From the NCBI GenBank assembly GCA_964016885.1, contig OZ024741.1:31124001-31188000 (forward strand): a DNA stretch of 64,000 nt, written 5' to 3'. A model generated the notes under the pieces. It was not told the origin of the DNA. It made no database searches and saw nothing but the letters and a program-made list of their open reading frames with translations. The position numbers were made by a program, and so were the translations under genes. Shown one piece after another: positions 26,435-40,707 of this stretch (positions are counted from its first letter, which is position 1; each line of letters begins with the position of its first letter). This DNA comes from Eledone cirrhosa. Its lineage: Eukaryota.

Positions 26435-27039
26435 TACAATATTTGGTTTAAAGATAGTGACATATCCTCATATGAACTTAATGTTATGAGTTCATTGTGG
26501 ATACTGCTTCCAATCTGTTATAAATTAACTTTGTTGAGTAATCAACAAAACAAATAAGTCAGTGTTTATATTTATATATATATATATATATACACACACA
26601 AAAATAAATATGAAAATAAATAAATAGACATAAGTCTTTGATAATTGATCAAATAGCAGAATACGTTATCCAAAGATATAAATTATTTAAGCAAATCTGT
26701 ATGTAAATATGAAATAGGAATTGAAATAGAAATATTTGCAATATCATTTTAAAAACTAGAGCAGTGCCGGTGATTGAGTGCTACCACCACCGGTTATAGA
26801 ACCGGCAATTTCAATTGCCACAGACTGTTAAGTGTTCAATCCCTGATGAAAAAGAAGTTAGAATATAGATGAGGGGATCGACTGTTCGATCTCTGTCTTT
26901 TGGCTTTTTCCTTACTCCGGTTTGTTCGTTTCAGCTCCGCCTGACTCGGCTGGGCGGCTACAATCGGAAGGTTTTCAGCGTCCTTCGGTTTCGCCGCTTG
27001 TTGTACGGCTGAAATGAAGTCAAATCTGCAAATACTGAG

Positions 27040-27683
27040 ACACTCATTCTCTCAAGCAAGGCTGTGATTTTAGTCGAGATCCGATGATGTAGGGGAAAAT
27101 GTTCATGCATCTCGGTGTCGTGCTCACGAAGGCAAGAGGCTGAAGTAAGTGTCAGAATTGCAAGTTCCTGTCCGGTAATACACCATCTTCAGCATTTGGC
27201 CATAACAAAAAAGGAGGTATGCGTAAAAGTCAAACTCGCTATCTTCAGGACGGTATTCACGAGAAACATTAATTATGGTGATGAATATTTCGTAATTACC
27301 GTAAAATACGATCGCGAAGAGAAGCGGCCGAAATGATGTTCCCCCAATGGATCACTGGAGCAACGTTTCTCGATAAGAGAGCAATGTTCAGAGATCAGAG
27401 AACCGTTCAAAGCAGAGTCGCTACCTCTCCGGATTGAGGCATCTTCACTAATATAAGCAAATGTTTAGAATGTCAAACTAAAGAAGAAAGATTTTATGGG
27501 TAAAACCTACCGGCAGGAGAGCGAGCGATAAAATGGTGGCAATACGGCTGGATAACGTCCAAGGCTCGGCTGGTCTCGGCTGGGGATCCAGCTGCATTAT
27601 TTGGAGATGTTTTTTACTGACAGGATCTACTAAAAGGCGTGATTAAGTATTTTCTCCCAGGAAGTAATAAGTGAGCCAAGAAA
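27040..27683 (+). mobile_element. Degenerate 3' part of RTE-type LINE
   Basis: Collinear with 23900-24518; KKEVCVKVKLAIFRTVF RTE-like segment. Confidence 0.7.
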
Positions 27684-27692
27684 TATATATAT

Positions 27693-27845
27693 AGAAGTAG
27701 TTCCACCGCGGTTTGAAGATCCGCATGAGGTGAAACATTTGTTCTCGGTATGGTGAACCAACTGTTGTGAAACTACTTCTAGCTAACTAATCCCATGTAC
27801 ATAGTGCTCTAATACTACGGATATGATCCTCCAGTGTTCTACCTC
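27693..27845 (+). mobile_element. HHR family A short element
   Basis: Homologous to 4788-4935; core TTGAAGA...GAAACATTTGTT; 14-bp inverted start AGAAGTAGTTCCAC / GTGAAACTACTTCT. Confidence 0.7.
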
Positions 27846-28335
27846 TCTCTCTCTATCCCCCCTCTCTCTCTATATATATATAGATTGAGAGAGATATAGA
27901 TAGATACATATCTGTGATTAATTCAATTTATACAGATACAGAAATACATAGATACACACAAATACATACACACAGACATCCATATATATATATATAAGTA
28001 TATGCAAGTATTATTCCTTTTTTTCCACAACAAAATGTAACCAGTAGCATTATACATTTATATATTTTGTGTAAATATTTGTCAAATTAAAATATATTTT
28101 CATTTCTTGTTTTCTGAAACATTCCCTGAAAGACATTTTGATATCTTGTTAATGTATTTACTTCTGTATTTTCCTGTCTTGATTTGCATAATTTTAAGAA
28201 GAAAAATACAAAGACTATTTTCCATGTTTTTCATAAATATAGAATGTTTGTACTCATGTAAAAAGGAAACAGGCTTATATATATATAAAAGATGGTTTTA
28301 TTCGTATCTCCCTATTTTATTCGTTATACGTATAT

Positions 28336-28446
<111 letters not shown>

Positions 28447-28612
28447 TACATTCAAACAGATGCATAGCTACACGGATACATACACACATATACATATACA
28501 GAAACACACACACATTTATATATATCTATATATATATATGTATTTATATATACACTGACACACACACAAACATATATCTATATCTATATATATATATATT
28601 TATGTTTATATT

Positions 28613-28649
<37 letters not shown>

Positions 28650-28787
28650 TAGAAAGTGAGGTTTTTTTTACAAAATGAAAAATAACCGAGGTGTCCTACA
28701 CGAGTGGAAGTATAAAGGAAAAGGGGATGAAATCGAAAATGCAACTGAAGTCTTATTTTTTTAAAAAATATATATATTTATTTGGTT

Positions 28788-28826
28788 CCTTTACCGGTTT
28801 CGCAGTTCTTCTGCTTTTCAAAAAGT
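28788..28826 (-). ncRNA. Decayed hammerhead motif
   Basis: CTTT-TTGAAAA-GCAG-aagaa-CTGC-GAAA-CCGG-TA-AAGG; core 1 mutated, palindromic helix III ACCGGT, GUA triplet. Confidence 0.5.
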
Positions 28827-29081
28827 GAGTTGAGATGGAGGGTCTGTGGTTTTTCTCACATCTGGTTGGTCTCTAAATGTTACTTGTTTTATATGGAAAA
28901 AGTTGCTCGAAAACCAGGTTTTTCGAGAAGCTACAAATAAAAACCGCCGTCGTCATTTGCCGTCGAGATGGCCTATGCAGATTCGACCCACTTCTGATGA
29001 AAATGCTGGTCCGAAGTGGGTGATAGTGTTTGACAAAATAATTAAACTGTGTCCTTAGATTGTGTATATAATTATTATATA

Positions 29082-30095
29082 CTAGCTGAAATACCCGGCG
29101 TTTCCCGGGTTACTGCTGTGCTTATTCAGATTATTAAACAATAAATATGAAGATATGTATTTTTCTCATAACTATTTCAAAATATCTATATTTTATTTAA
29201 AAAATTCAAAATTGTAGTAATAATGGAATTTAGAAATGAAATTTTGTCAATCTTGAAACACCTTAGGGTAAACAATATTCATCGTGTAATCTTTGGTTGA
29301 TGTCCAAATGAATAAATTGTTGCTACACACTCACACACATACACACACACACTCTCATATACATATAGTAAAACAAACACACACATACATACATTCACGC
29401 AGACACATGCATAGCTTTTCACCGCATTTTTGGTCAGCTGATACATATAACTAGATGTGTGTGTGTGTATTTAATCACGTACCTAATGAAAGTGCACACA
29501 CACACACTCACAGACACATACATGTTCATATACAAAATGTGACAAAGGTGCGTTGTTTTCTATTGTTTTAATGCAAATGAAAATAAAAATGTATCACGAA
29601 TACACTCTCACACACAGACACTCTCACATACACTCACACACACATACACTCTCACATATACTCACACACACTCTCATATACCCACACAGTCTTACATTCA
29701 CGCACACCTCTCTGTCATCACATATGTATCTGTATGTGTAGATGTGTGTGTTTAATTGTCTGTGTGTAAGATAAGGTGTATGCAACTTACGTAGTAATGA
29801 ATTCGCAAACACACTCACAGACACATACACACTCATATACAAAATGTGACGCGTCGTCATGGTCGTGGTGGTGGTGGTGGTTTACTATAGTTCACTATAG
29901 AAATGTTATTTTAGTTAAAATATTATATATTTTAATCCAAATGAAATTAAAAATTATATCTTGACACTACCGGGGTCTAATACTATTACCTGGTAAAATT
30001 TGATTTGTTGATTTGTCTAGTCGTTTGAGAATACATAGGAACAGACAGACAGACACACAGAAAGACAAATAATTTTATACAGAATTTTATACAGA
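29082..30095 (-). mobile_element. Non-autonomous Helitron
   Basis: Minus strand A|TC start at 30095, (TCTG)n near 5' end, CCCGGGAAACGCCGGG hairpin then CTAG|T at 29085-29082. Confidence 0.75.
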
Positions 30096-31486
30096 TGTAT
30101 GACGAAGCCGCAGAGACAGAAATACATTAAGCGATGTAAAACTAAGTGGCTAAACAAATATTCCCTTTACTGCAGTTTCACAAGAAAAAGATCAGAATCG
30201 ACTTTTTAGAAATTAATTAAGTTAATTCGCTTTGCTAGAACTTGTTGTAACCTCTTCACTTCAGTCACACTCCTCGACTCTCACAGCATGTAACACAGTA
30301 GAACGAAAGATTAAATATTACTGGGGTTTGAGAGACCGCCTTCTTTTTGTGCCGGTTTCCGTAGAGGCATCTGATGATCCCTGATTTCAAACTGATGTTT
30401 TCCTTCACAAAATCTATAATGTTACAATATTTAGATGTATTTTTGTTTCAGGGTGTAAGTGAGACTACGCCTGAACATTTGTATGTTTCTGTTCGTGTGT
30501 ACGTGATGCACTGTGAATTTTGTGTTTTCTGGTTTAATGTGAAGAGAATGCTATCACCCATGATGTTTACTTTTAGAAAAACTTTTGACTTTGGTGGGAG
30601 GAATGCTGGACGTTACTTTCAAATAGCAACGTGCTCCCAATGAAAGACCAGTTTGTTGTGTTAAACTCAAGAACTCAGAACTTCAATATGCGTAAAATAT
30701 TTTATTAGGTATCTCGACTGACCTGACAATTCTTCTGTCAGTCTAACACACAAGAAAGCTACTTTATTTTATCGAACCTGAAACTACCACGGCGTTATTT
30801 GTACTGCAGTCATAGGACCGTCATTAAAGGTCTATTTGATCATATAAACCATAGGTTATATATTTTACGGTAATTATCGTAAAGAGACACGAGAACGGAA
30901 CAAACACAGACAGCCGCATCTGTGATTTTGTTTATTTCGTGCAAATAACTATTCAGTTATCTATACATTATATGGTTGTATACAAACATCGACCATGCAT
31001 ACATAGCTATACACACACGGGCCCGTTTATTTATTTTTAATATGGGCTTTCGTCTACTAACTACGCTTCATATTAGTGTTGGAATATATAAGTAAGTATT
31101 TTATCATGAGTTACATATGAAACATAGAAATGAAGTGAACCACTATTATCTTGAACACGTGTTCAAATACATATTCAAATATGACATACTACTACAGTGC
31201 TGTATACGTGTATATCTAATATATATTTGTGAAATGGGCGGTGGTTGAAATTCAGATGTGCACGGTTAAATGGTAGTAGACGTAGTCGGACGGACATGAA
31301 AATGTACACACCTATGTAAAAAGTGCCAAGGAAGCAAATAGACGAGGTTTCAAATCTCTAACTTAAAAAATGTGGTCCCTGGGGTCCCAAAACTATCGCG
31401 TTCGGTGAGTTATTTCCCGCTGTTCTAATACTAACTCATCAATTTATTTCGCTGCGTTCTTTTGCAGCTTTCTTTCGCTGTTAACG

Positions 31487-32291
31487 TACAGTAACATTTT
31501 ACGAAATGCCAATTCGAAAACGGTCACTGTTTTCCATAAAAATATATAAAACCCTTAAAATGCGAAGAAGGGAGTCATGTTCTGAAATACGTTTTTTCAG
31601 ATATCATTTTCATTTTATTTCTAATACATGTTAACCACCACTAACAGTAAGTAGAATTTTTCGATTCATTGTCTTATTTAAAATAACATATCAAAGACAA
31701 CGTCATTTCGCTGTTAATAAATTTTGGCTACTACAGTACGTTTCATTTTCATTTTTAAAATACAATTGCTCTATATTAAATTTAAATAATTCTATAACGA
31801 TCATACAGTACTGTTTTAATAAATCGATTCTGCAGTAGAATTTTACGAAATGCCAAAACGAAAAAGGTAACTGTTTTCTAACAAAAGAAATAAAACCCTT
31901 ACATTGCGAACCCCTAGTTCTAATACTGGGGTTAGTTGTTTCCCCCTCTTCTAATAAATATCTAATATATAGAGGCCCCTCTTGCTGACCAGGACAATCA
32001 AAGTGTAAACTATCATACAGTACCGTTTTATGAAATTACTTCTGCAGTACCATTTTACGAAATGCCAAACCGTAAACAATCACTGTTTTCCATCAAAAGA
32101 AATAAAACCCTTAAATTACGAAGAAGGGAGTCATGTTCTCAAGTACGTTTTTTCAGATATCATTTTCATTTTATTTCTAATACATGTTAACCACCACTAA
32201 CAGTAAGTAGTATTTTTCAAATCATTGTCTTATTTAAAATAACATATCAAAGACAACGTTATTTCGCTGTTAATAAACTTTTGGCTACTAC
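31487..32291 (+). repeat. Local direct repeats (~250 bp twice plus a ~115 bp partial copy)
   Basis: 31490-31733 ~ 32045-32291; 31795-31910 ~ 32008-32123. Confidence 0.85.
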
Positions 32292-32760
32292 AAGCTTCCA
32301 TGGTTACGGAGAAAATCGATGAAACAGGAATTTCCCATTCAAATTGAACTGAGCGTAATCTGTGAACGCAGAAGTAAATATTTAGAGAAACGTTGCGACC
32401 GAATGAAAACAGGAAGACGATATTTTGATTCGTGAATACGTTCCCTGGCAATGAACGGAAAAAAGCGAGGATAATAGGTCGTTATGTGGAGCGTGAAGAA
32501 CAATTTCATGCAAAGCCAAGACCAAGTTTATGGTATAAATGGAGTCGTTAGACTAACATTCTATTTAAAATAACAGAATGATTTCCAGCCCCGGAGTTTA
32601 AGAATTATGTAAATAAAATTGAAAACGAAGATGACAGAGGTTATTAAAATAGTAAAAGTAAATAGTGAAGATTTAGGCCAGTACATACGTATGCCCCGAC
32701 GGACATACACATACATACGCACACACAAATACATACCCCCCCCCATACACATACATACAT

Positions 32761-32800
<40 letters not shown>

Positions 32801-32989
32801 ACACGAACGCACGCGCGTATGTATAAAACATGCATTTCTACAGTATTTTTACCAAACTTGAGACATAGGTTACTTATGTACTCCGGATGGTCATGGCCAC
32901 TGTCATTTTTCCAGATATTGATTATAGGGCCCCCCGACAGATAACCCCTTTAACCATTTTAACCATTTCCTTGGAGTCGACTGAAGCAC

Positions 32990-33259
32990 TGCAGTGCAAT
33001 GCAACAAAACGTCATAACTTCTGGAGTCCACAACCGATTTTCACAAAACTTGACACATGGCTAAGTTTGTCCTACAGATGAATGTGAACTCTCAGAATTG
33101 GCACATATTGGGTAGGGGATTCCTGGGGCAGGAACCCCCTTTTGGAAAAAGCCGATGATTTTGTAAAAGTATAGTTTTCGAAGCAGCACTGAAGTATTGA
33201 CATAAATGGTATACACAACTTCTATTTAATATCCGAGCAACGCCGGGTACCTCTTCTAG
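32990..33259 (+). mobile_element. Helitron-type 3' end (5' limit uncertain)
   Basis: CCGAGCAACGCCGG hairpin followed by CTAG|T at 33256-33260; same terminus as 55057. Confidence 0.65.
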
Positions 33260-33430
33260 TATATATATATATATATATATATATAAGCATTATATAAACA
33301 TACTCGCTATATGCATATATGCATACACCTAGACACACCCACCTATATATACATATTTATATACGAGTGCATTACTCATATATTATATAACACACACAAA
33401 TGTATATAATTAAATATATATATATATATA

Positions 33431-35371
33431 ACAAAGGAAATGTGGTAAGGAACCAGATGGACCATAACACACCAGAGTACATAATACTTAGGGTAGTAGA
33501 GTGGGAAATAGGAAAAAAGTATGACCCTGACGGCAGAGCTCACGCCGTTTCGACGACTATTTCTGGACTAAATTAGAATTTTAGCCTGGTGAATAAATAG
33601 CCGAACTTGTCAAAGGGGTACTTCCTTATATGGGAAGATTTCAGTTGTCAAGAGGATTGGTTAAAATTTGTTGTAAACACAAATAAGTCTATCATGGCAT
33701 TTGGTGGGAGGTAGGGGTGGCTGAACTTGCCTGTAGAATATCTGCTAATGAGCAGATATTCGACGAACACGCGCCTCATTACAACCAGGCCCTCAAGCGG
33801 AGTGGCTTTCGGGAGAAAATATCCTTTTATGCAGCTTCCCTTAGCGGAACCAGCCGGCGACACAGCTGCTCACGCAATGTAACGTGGTTCAATCCATAAT
33901 GCCGGGGTGGCAACACCTATCGGGAAAATCTTCTTTAGATTCCTCGAAAAACGCTTCCCACTACAACACCGCTACCACAACATAATCAACAAAAACACCA
34001 TCAAACTCTCCTACAACACCACACCTAACTTCGCACAAAACATCGTCTCCTCAAACAACAAAAAACTCAACCCCTATGGAAGAAATAACCTAGACATAAG
34101 TGGAGAGCCGCCCAGGAGGTGTAACTGCCCTTATAGATCTACGTGCCCCCTCAACAACAAATGCCGAGAACGTAACGTGATCTACCAGTGCAACGTGAGG
34201 ACGGACACCTCCAAAAAAGCTTATATAGGATTAACCGCGTGTGACTTCAAGACCCGGCTCTACCAACATCGACATACTTTCCGAAACCCTGTCCGGCGAC
34301 ATGCCACTAAACATTCGGACCACATCTAAGACCTCCAAGATAATAATATAACCTACAATTTCACTTGGAGCTTACTGTATAGAGCTAACTGTTACAGGGG
34401 AGGACGCCGTCCGTGTAACTTATGCTCGTAGGAAACATTACAAATGCGGTGCGGTTTTCGAAGGACAACTCCTGAACAAGAAAGACGCACTGGTAACCGC
34501 ATGCAAACAGATTGCGTAGGACTTACCTCGCCCTCAAACCCCATAACGACTCGGGTAGGTAGAAAAGGGCTGATACCCCCCCCACCCCACACACACACAC
34601 ACTTGCCGAATAAGTTAGGGGAAACCCCAGCTTACATAGGTTGATGTATCTCTTTTCTTTTCCTCTTTGTCTTCTTCTTCTTCCTGTCTCATCCTATCAC
34701 TTCCTTCCACCCCCTATTTCCTCCCTCGTCTGCTTTACCCCTTTCGCCTACCCCGATGCAGCCCATCGGGCCTCTGTAGCTTCAGTTCTCCCACCCCTGT
34801 AATTTTAAGATAGAATTGGCCGAATATGTTTTACTAACTACTTATAGCAGATGTGATAAACCCCTTTAATTTTGTATCAGTTTTGTTACTACTCAATTTC
34901 TACAAGATTTTTCTATTCTCAACTTATTAACCTGTAATTGTAAGATAGCATTGTTATATTTTTCATTCATTTCTCACTATCTACGTTTTTTTTTTTTTTG
35001 TTTATTTCTATTATCTTTTATTGTCTCCTACTCTCATTCGATTTATCTATTCTATAACCTCCCTCCTCCACTTCATACACTATCCTTAGAATGTTCTGTA
35101 TACATATCAATTTCAACGCTTGACCGCTCCACTCACTCCCCTATTGTTCTACAGGCAAGTTCAGCACCCCTACCTCCCACCAAATGCCATGATAGACTTA
35201 TTTGTGTTTACAACAAATTTTAACCAATCCTCTTGACAACTAAAATCTCCCCATATAAGGAAGTACCCCCTTGACAAGTACGGCTATTTATTCACCAGGC
35301 TAACAATTCTTATTTAGTCCATAAATAGCCGTCGAAACGGCATGAGCTCTGCCGTCGGTGTCATACTTTTT

Positions 35372-35375
<4 letters not shown>
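33431..35375 (+). mobile_element. Truncated PLE (family D) with ~230 bp inverted arms; RT thumb + GIY-YIG pseudogene
   Basis: Arms 33509-33738 / 35147-35375, tail 33431-33508; YNQALKRSGF, RNVTWFNP, NTIKLSY, CNCPYRSTCPLNNKC, YIGLTACDFKTRLYQH; (TA)n flanks. Confidence 0.9.
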
Positions 35376-35421
<46 letters not shown>

Positions 35422-35608
35422 TAAATGATTCTTTCAGTAGAAAATGTTGAAGAGATTTTTTCAGTGAGATATCAAAACATTAGTTTATTTACAATAGCGG
35501 TTTCAGCATTATATCATTGACAATTACGGAATGTTTATTCAGAGAATTCTCTGAAAATTAATTTTTCTGTGAAAATAAATTTTTCTTTCCCTCTTTTATT
35601 TTAATTTC

Positions 35609-35609
<1 letters not shown>

Positions 35610-35682
<73 letters not shown>
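35610..35682. repeat. (TTA)n microsatellite at the 3' end of the Dong-like LINE
   Basis: Pure TTA run. Confidence 0.97.
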
Positions 35683-35683
<1 letters not shown>

Positions 35684-38600
35684 AGTTGCATTTATCTTGC
35701 TTTATGTTCATACGAGTTACCACCAAGTCACAACCAGTGACCTCAAGAGACAACAAGGTCCGCCATTTTCAAGAAAGAACATACATACTCACACATGCAT
35801 CTTTAGTGTTTAGACTTGTGATGTACTTATATTGACAGAATCTTCCTTAGTATAAGGGCAGTACTCATTAGTACTATCTTTTGTATTTCTCCTATACGCG
35901 AGTTTCCTGGGATTTGCGATAAGTAATAATTAGACCCCTTAGGTATCATTTGCAGAGCGCCTACAACCACTGGTATTGTTTTAGTTCTCAATTTCCACAT
36001 CTTTCCAATTTCTATCTCCATATACTCTATACTTGCTCAATTTTTCAAATGTTTTTATAGATACATTCTTGTCTATTGGAACAGACATATCAATTAGCAG
36101 GCATACCCTCTTTTTAAAGTCCTTCAATATTATATCAGGTCTATTTGCATCTATTTTTCGGTCTGTTTGGATGCTAAAGTTCCACAAGATTGAGATGTGA
36201 TCTTTTTCAAGTATGGGAGGTGGTTGATGCTCCCACCAATTCTTTTGATGGGGCAGGTCAAAATGCTTACACATTATCCAATGTATGCATTGTGCAGCTC
36301 TGTCATGCCTGTTTAGGTATTCGGTTGGAGCTATAGGACTGCACATTGAAATTATATGGTCAATGGTCTCTGGTTGTTTTTTGCATACACTGCATAATGG
36401 GCTGCATCCATTTTTTATTATGTTGGCTTGGTAATTTTTTGTTGGCAGACACTGATCTTGTGCTGATATAATCAGTCCTTCAGTCTCCGATTTCAGTCCA
36501 GAGGATGCCAACCACTGATGGGTTAAAGTTTTGTCAACATCAGGATTGTTAGCTCGCTCTGGGTATTTTCCATACAGAGGCTTTTCTTGCCATTTCTTAG
36601 CCAGTTTCTGTAGCAGTTCTTTCTTTGCAGTTACTTTTACCTGCTTTGCTTTTTCTGTGTTTTCCATTTCAGCAGTAAATGGGACTTCTGAAATTTGTAG
36701 TCCATTAGTGTATCTTTGTGCATCTTTTGTAATGGAATATGATCTTTTGATGCTTTCGTGTTTCAAGACGAGTTTGATCATCCAATCATGTGATTCCCTT
36801 AGATATGTAGATAATCCAATTGTTGCAGTTTTCAACGCAATGTCTAACTGGATTAACCCACGTCCTCCTTCTTTCCTAGGGAGATATATTCTATCTATAT
36901 CTGCCTTAGGGTGATGCATTCTGTGCATGGTTAAGAATTTTCGAATGTTTGTATCGAGCCTACGGATCTCTGTGCTTGACCAGTTGATGACATTGTAACT
37001 GTAGGTTACTACTGGTATGGCAAGCGTGTTTATGGCATCGATCCTATTCCTTGCATTCAATTGCGTTCTTAAGATTGCTCTGACTCTGCGGTAACATTCC
37101 TTCCTTATCCTTTCCCTCATTGTCGAGTGCTTCATTCCGTCTCCTTCACAAACACCTAGATATTTGTAAGTTTTTTCTTGATCAAGTTCTCTTATCACGT
37201 TCCCCCGATCAAGATTAATGTCTGAACTCTTCAGCAGCTTTCCTCTGGTGAACGTTGCTTTGGCGCATTTATCTAGTCCAAACTCCATTTTAATGTCATC
37301 ACTGAACTGCTCCACAGTGGATAATAGCCCTTGCAATTGTTCATCATTTTTTGCAAATAGTTTCAGGTCATCCATGTAGAACAAGTGATTAATGGTTTTT
37401 TCATAGACTTTATATCCATGTTTTGTTTCATTGAGCATTTTACTTAATGGTATAAGTGCGATGCAGAATAAAAGCGGTGATAAAGAGTCTCCCTGAAAAA
37501 TTCCACAATTAATATTAACTTCTCCAGCTTCCAGTGATTTTGTTTCACTATTCAAAAGGAGTGTCGTTTTCCATGTCTTCATACTGAATGACAAATACCT
37601 CCTGGCAACGGGGGATATTTTGAAAATCTCTAAACATTTTTCAATCCAACTGTGTGGCAAACTATCGAATGCTTTTTTATAATCTATCCAAGCAGTCGAT
37701 AGATTGTTGTGTCTATTATGACAATCTTCCAGTATCATTTTGTTAACCAAAAGCTGATCCTTACAGCCATATGAGCCTCGTTTACACCCTTTCTGCTCAA
37801 TGGGAAATAGGTCATTTGTTATCAGGTGGTCATATGTGTATTCAGTTAGGACTGATGTTAAAATTTTATACATTGTGGTCAATCAAGTTATCGGTCTGTA
37901 ATTTTTGGGATTGTTTGTCTCATCATTCTTCGGAAGCAGGAATGTAATGCCGTTAACTAGCCATGATGGTATCTTTTCTGGCTCCTTAACTATTTCATTG
38001 TAAAGTTGGGCTAACAGCTCATGAGACTCTGTGAAGGCATTTATCCAAAAATTTGTATTTTGTCTTTTCCTGGGGATTTCCATTTGCTGGTTTTTCTTAG
38101 AGCCAAGCGCAACTGTTCAACTGTTATATTTTCCCATATTTGTTTCTCAAGGTGAGCTGTATCTTTCATTTGTCTGTCTATCCATGGGGCATGTATGTTA
38201 TGAACTTTTTCTTCGGCCCAGATCTTTTCCCAGAATTCTTGCACTTCCTCCTTGGGTGGTATTGATTTAGCAGTTATTGTTGACTTACCAATTTTTCTGT
38301 AGAAGTTTATTTGGTTGTTTTTGAACATATTATTGTTCTTATAGAATCTAGATCGTTTTTCAAAGCGCCTTATACGAGCAGCTTTGGCCGACACTTTTTG
38401 CTTGATTATTTCTATCAGCATGTCTATGTCACTTGTTGATTTTATACTGTACTTTCTTTTCAATTTTCTAAGTTTAGTTTGTTTAACATGTTCACCTACT
38501 TTATAGTTTGTTAAAATTTCTATGTCAGATCGGAGAAGGTTTATTTGGCGAAATTTTATTTGGGAATTCCTTTGTCTTTTCATCTTCACTCCACATAAGT

Positions 38601-39625
38601 GAGTGGTGACTTTAGCCGATGCATATTAGAGATGATTTAAATCAGTAATGTTTAGTTTGTTTGTGATGATAATGTTTTTGAGAATTATGTTAGTCTTGTG
38701 TATTATCTTTTGGTTCTGTTTGGAGTTCTGGATCTTAGGGATGGTGTCTCGTTGCCCCATGTCAGATTCTTTCATTTTCATCAATTCAATCATAATTTCA
38801 TCCTTCAAGTTGGCAAGTTCATTCTCATTCATTTCTTTATCATTTACGATCTCATTATTTTCATTTGGAGTTTTTCATCTTGAGCATGCACTCCCTCCAC
38901 TTTTTCGACCCTTTCTTTAATTTGTTCTGTTGCCAGTGATTCCGCCCCAACCCTAGGATTCGAAGTGTTACAATTTACTTCGTTTTCATTGAAACATGTT
39001 TCATTTTCCCTTCGCTGACTTTGTGCTAATAGCTTGATCTGATCAATTTCCATATCAGTTAGTAACTTTTTTCTTACAATATTTCTTCGTATATTGGCTA
39101 GTTTGTTACTGTCAATATAGCCTCTGTTTTCGGGATGTTTCTTTTTTCAGTTGATATATGTCTCTTCTGTATTCGATGTATTTGATGGGTAGTACATGGC
39201 AGTGTAGAAAGCCTCAAGGACTTCTTTATTATCTTCCCTTGACCATTTTTCTCTCTTTTTCTTTTGATTTCTTGGTGGTGAGCATGGAGGGCCAATAGTA
39301 GGAGTATTCCGGTTATGGGAGGTCTCCAGCTCCGAAGTGATGGGAAGGCGTGAACCATTAGCTGAGTTTTCGACCCCAGTCTGGTTCCTCTCTGAGGGAC
39401 GCGGCCCTTTTTTACCCGGGTGACGGCCGATCCGGTATGAGATTTTATCATTAGACATTTACTTTATTTTGTCGCATTTTATCCTTATCCGCCAAGGGGT
39501 AATCATTTCGTGTTGCCACTTCTAGAACAAGTGTCAACCAAGACTAGATGGGTCGTTCTCTTCTAGAGATACGGCTATTCCCCGCCGGCCGCCATCCCGG
39601 TATTTCTTGGTCACGGGGTTTTCTT
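35683..39625 (-). mobile_element. R4/Dong-type RLE non-LTR retrotransposon, family A, near full length (5' UTR may extend to ~40671)
   Basis: Single frameshifted ORF; 3' end abuts (TAA)n. Confidence 0.9.
35827..39458 (-). pseudogene. Frameshifted RT + CCHC + restriction-like endonuclease ORF
   Basis: WKSPGKDKI, NYRPIT, WIDYKKAFDS, GIFQGDSLSP, HLFYMDDLK, CSVCKKQPETIDHIISMC, NRPDI, IPVVVGAL across several ORF pieces. Confidence 0.93.
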
Positions 39626-40707
39626 TTTGTTGTTTTTTTTTAAATTGTTATTAGCATGAGTGATTCCTTAATGTGAGCATTGCGTGGCTTAAGAATGAAA
39701 TTATTAATAATTGTCTCCACTCCAGGCACAAGGGCAGCAATCACCCAGTGCATTACAATAATATAATATACTTTTTGCTGAAGTTTCCTGTTATTGTTGT
39801 TGGCTATGTCGGTGGTGGTGCTGGGGCTTTTTATATTGTTGGTGAGGAAGGGAGGAGCCAGCAGTGCCATAGTTTTTAACGTTTGACCGGTGGCCAGGTC
39901 ACTAAGTCAATCTATTTATATCTTTTGCTAGCCTCTCCCTTGTCTAGTGATACCGCCACCTTCCCCTTTCTTAAGTTAACAGGGGAATAGTGGTGGTAGC
40001 AATGAAGGAGTGGTGGCGGCGGTGATGGGATAGTGGTAGCAATGATGGATGGAGTGGTGGCGGTGGTGGCGTTGTCGTTACTGAGTTTTGTGATATGTAG
40101 TATCTATGAGTTTGTGTCGCGTATGTTTAATATATGTGTTAAATAAACTAGTTTTGTTTGATCTGTAGTATCTATGCGTTTGTGTCGCGTATGTTTAATA
40201 TATATTGTGTTGACATATTCCCGTAAAATTGGAATTAAACATTTTGTTAAAACTTGAGACAATAATAATAGTAATTATCATTATTATGATGCTGGGATTG
40301 GTGGTGGTGGTGGTGAAATTGCCGTTATCTGGCTGTTATATTTAGTGTGATGGGGTAGGTGGTGTATCAAGTTTCTGGTGTTGGTGAAATTGCTGTTATT
40401 TGGCTGTTCTATATAGTGTAGAAAGAGGGAGTTTTCTTCCATTTATAACCATTTTCTTATTTGAATACAAAATATATAATACAAAATTGAATATTTGAGC
40501 GATATAACAATATAATATGGATCCGAAATTTTATGAGACTTGATTCGGTGGTTTATGCATCATTTGTACTAAGAATTGTTATTTCACAATTGATTTAAAT
40601 ATGTTAAAAATCAAAAACTTACGGGACCGATTTCATGACCTACTACCACCACGTGCGTCTTCTTCCCTTATCTTATTATTATTATTATTATTATTATTGT
40701 TGTTATT

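Noticed and set aside
28987-29021. CTGATGA within a CCCACTTC/GAAGTGGG hairpin as hammerhead
   Set aside because: No GAAA, helix III or NUH in the required arrangement.
30436-30460. Possible micro-exon TTTTGTTTCAG-GGT-GTAAGT
   Set aside because: Splice-like signals alone are common; no transcript evidence available.
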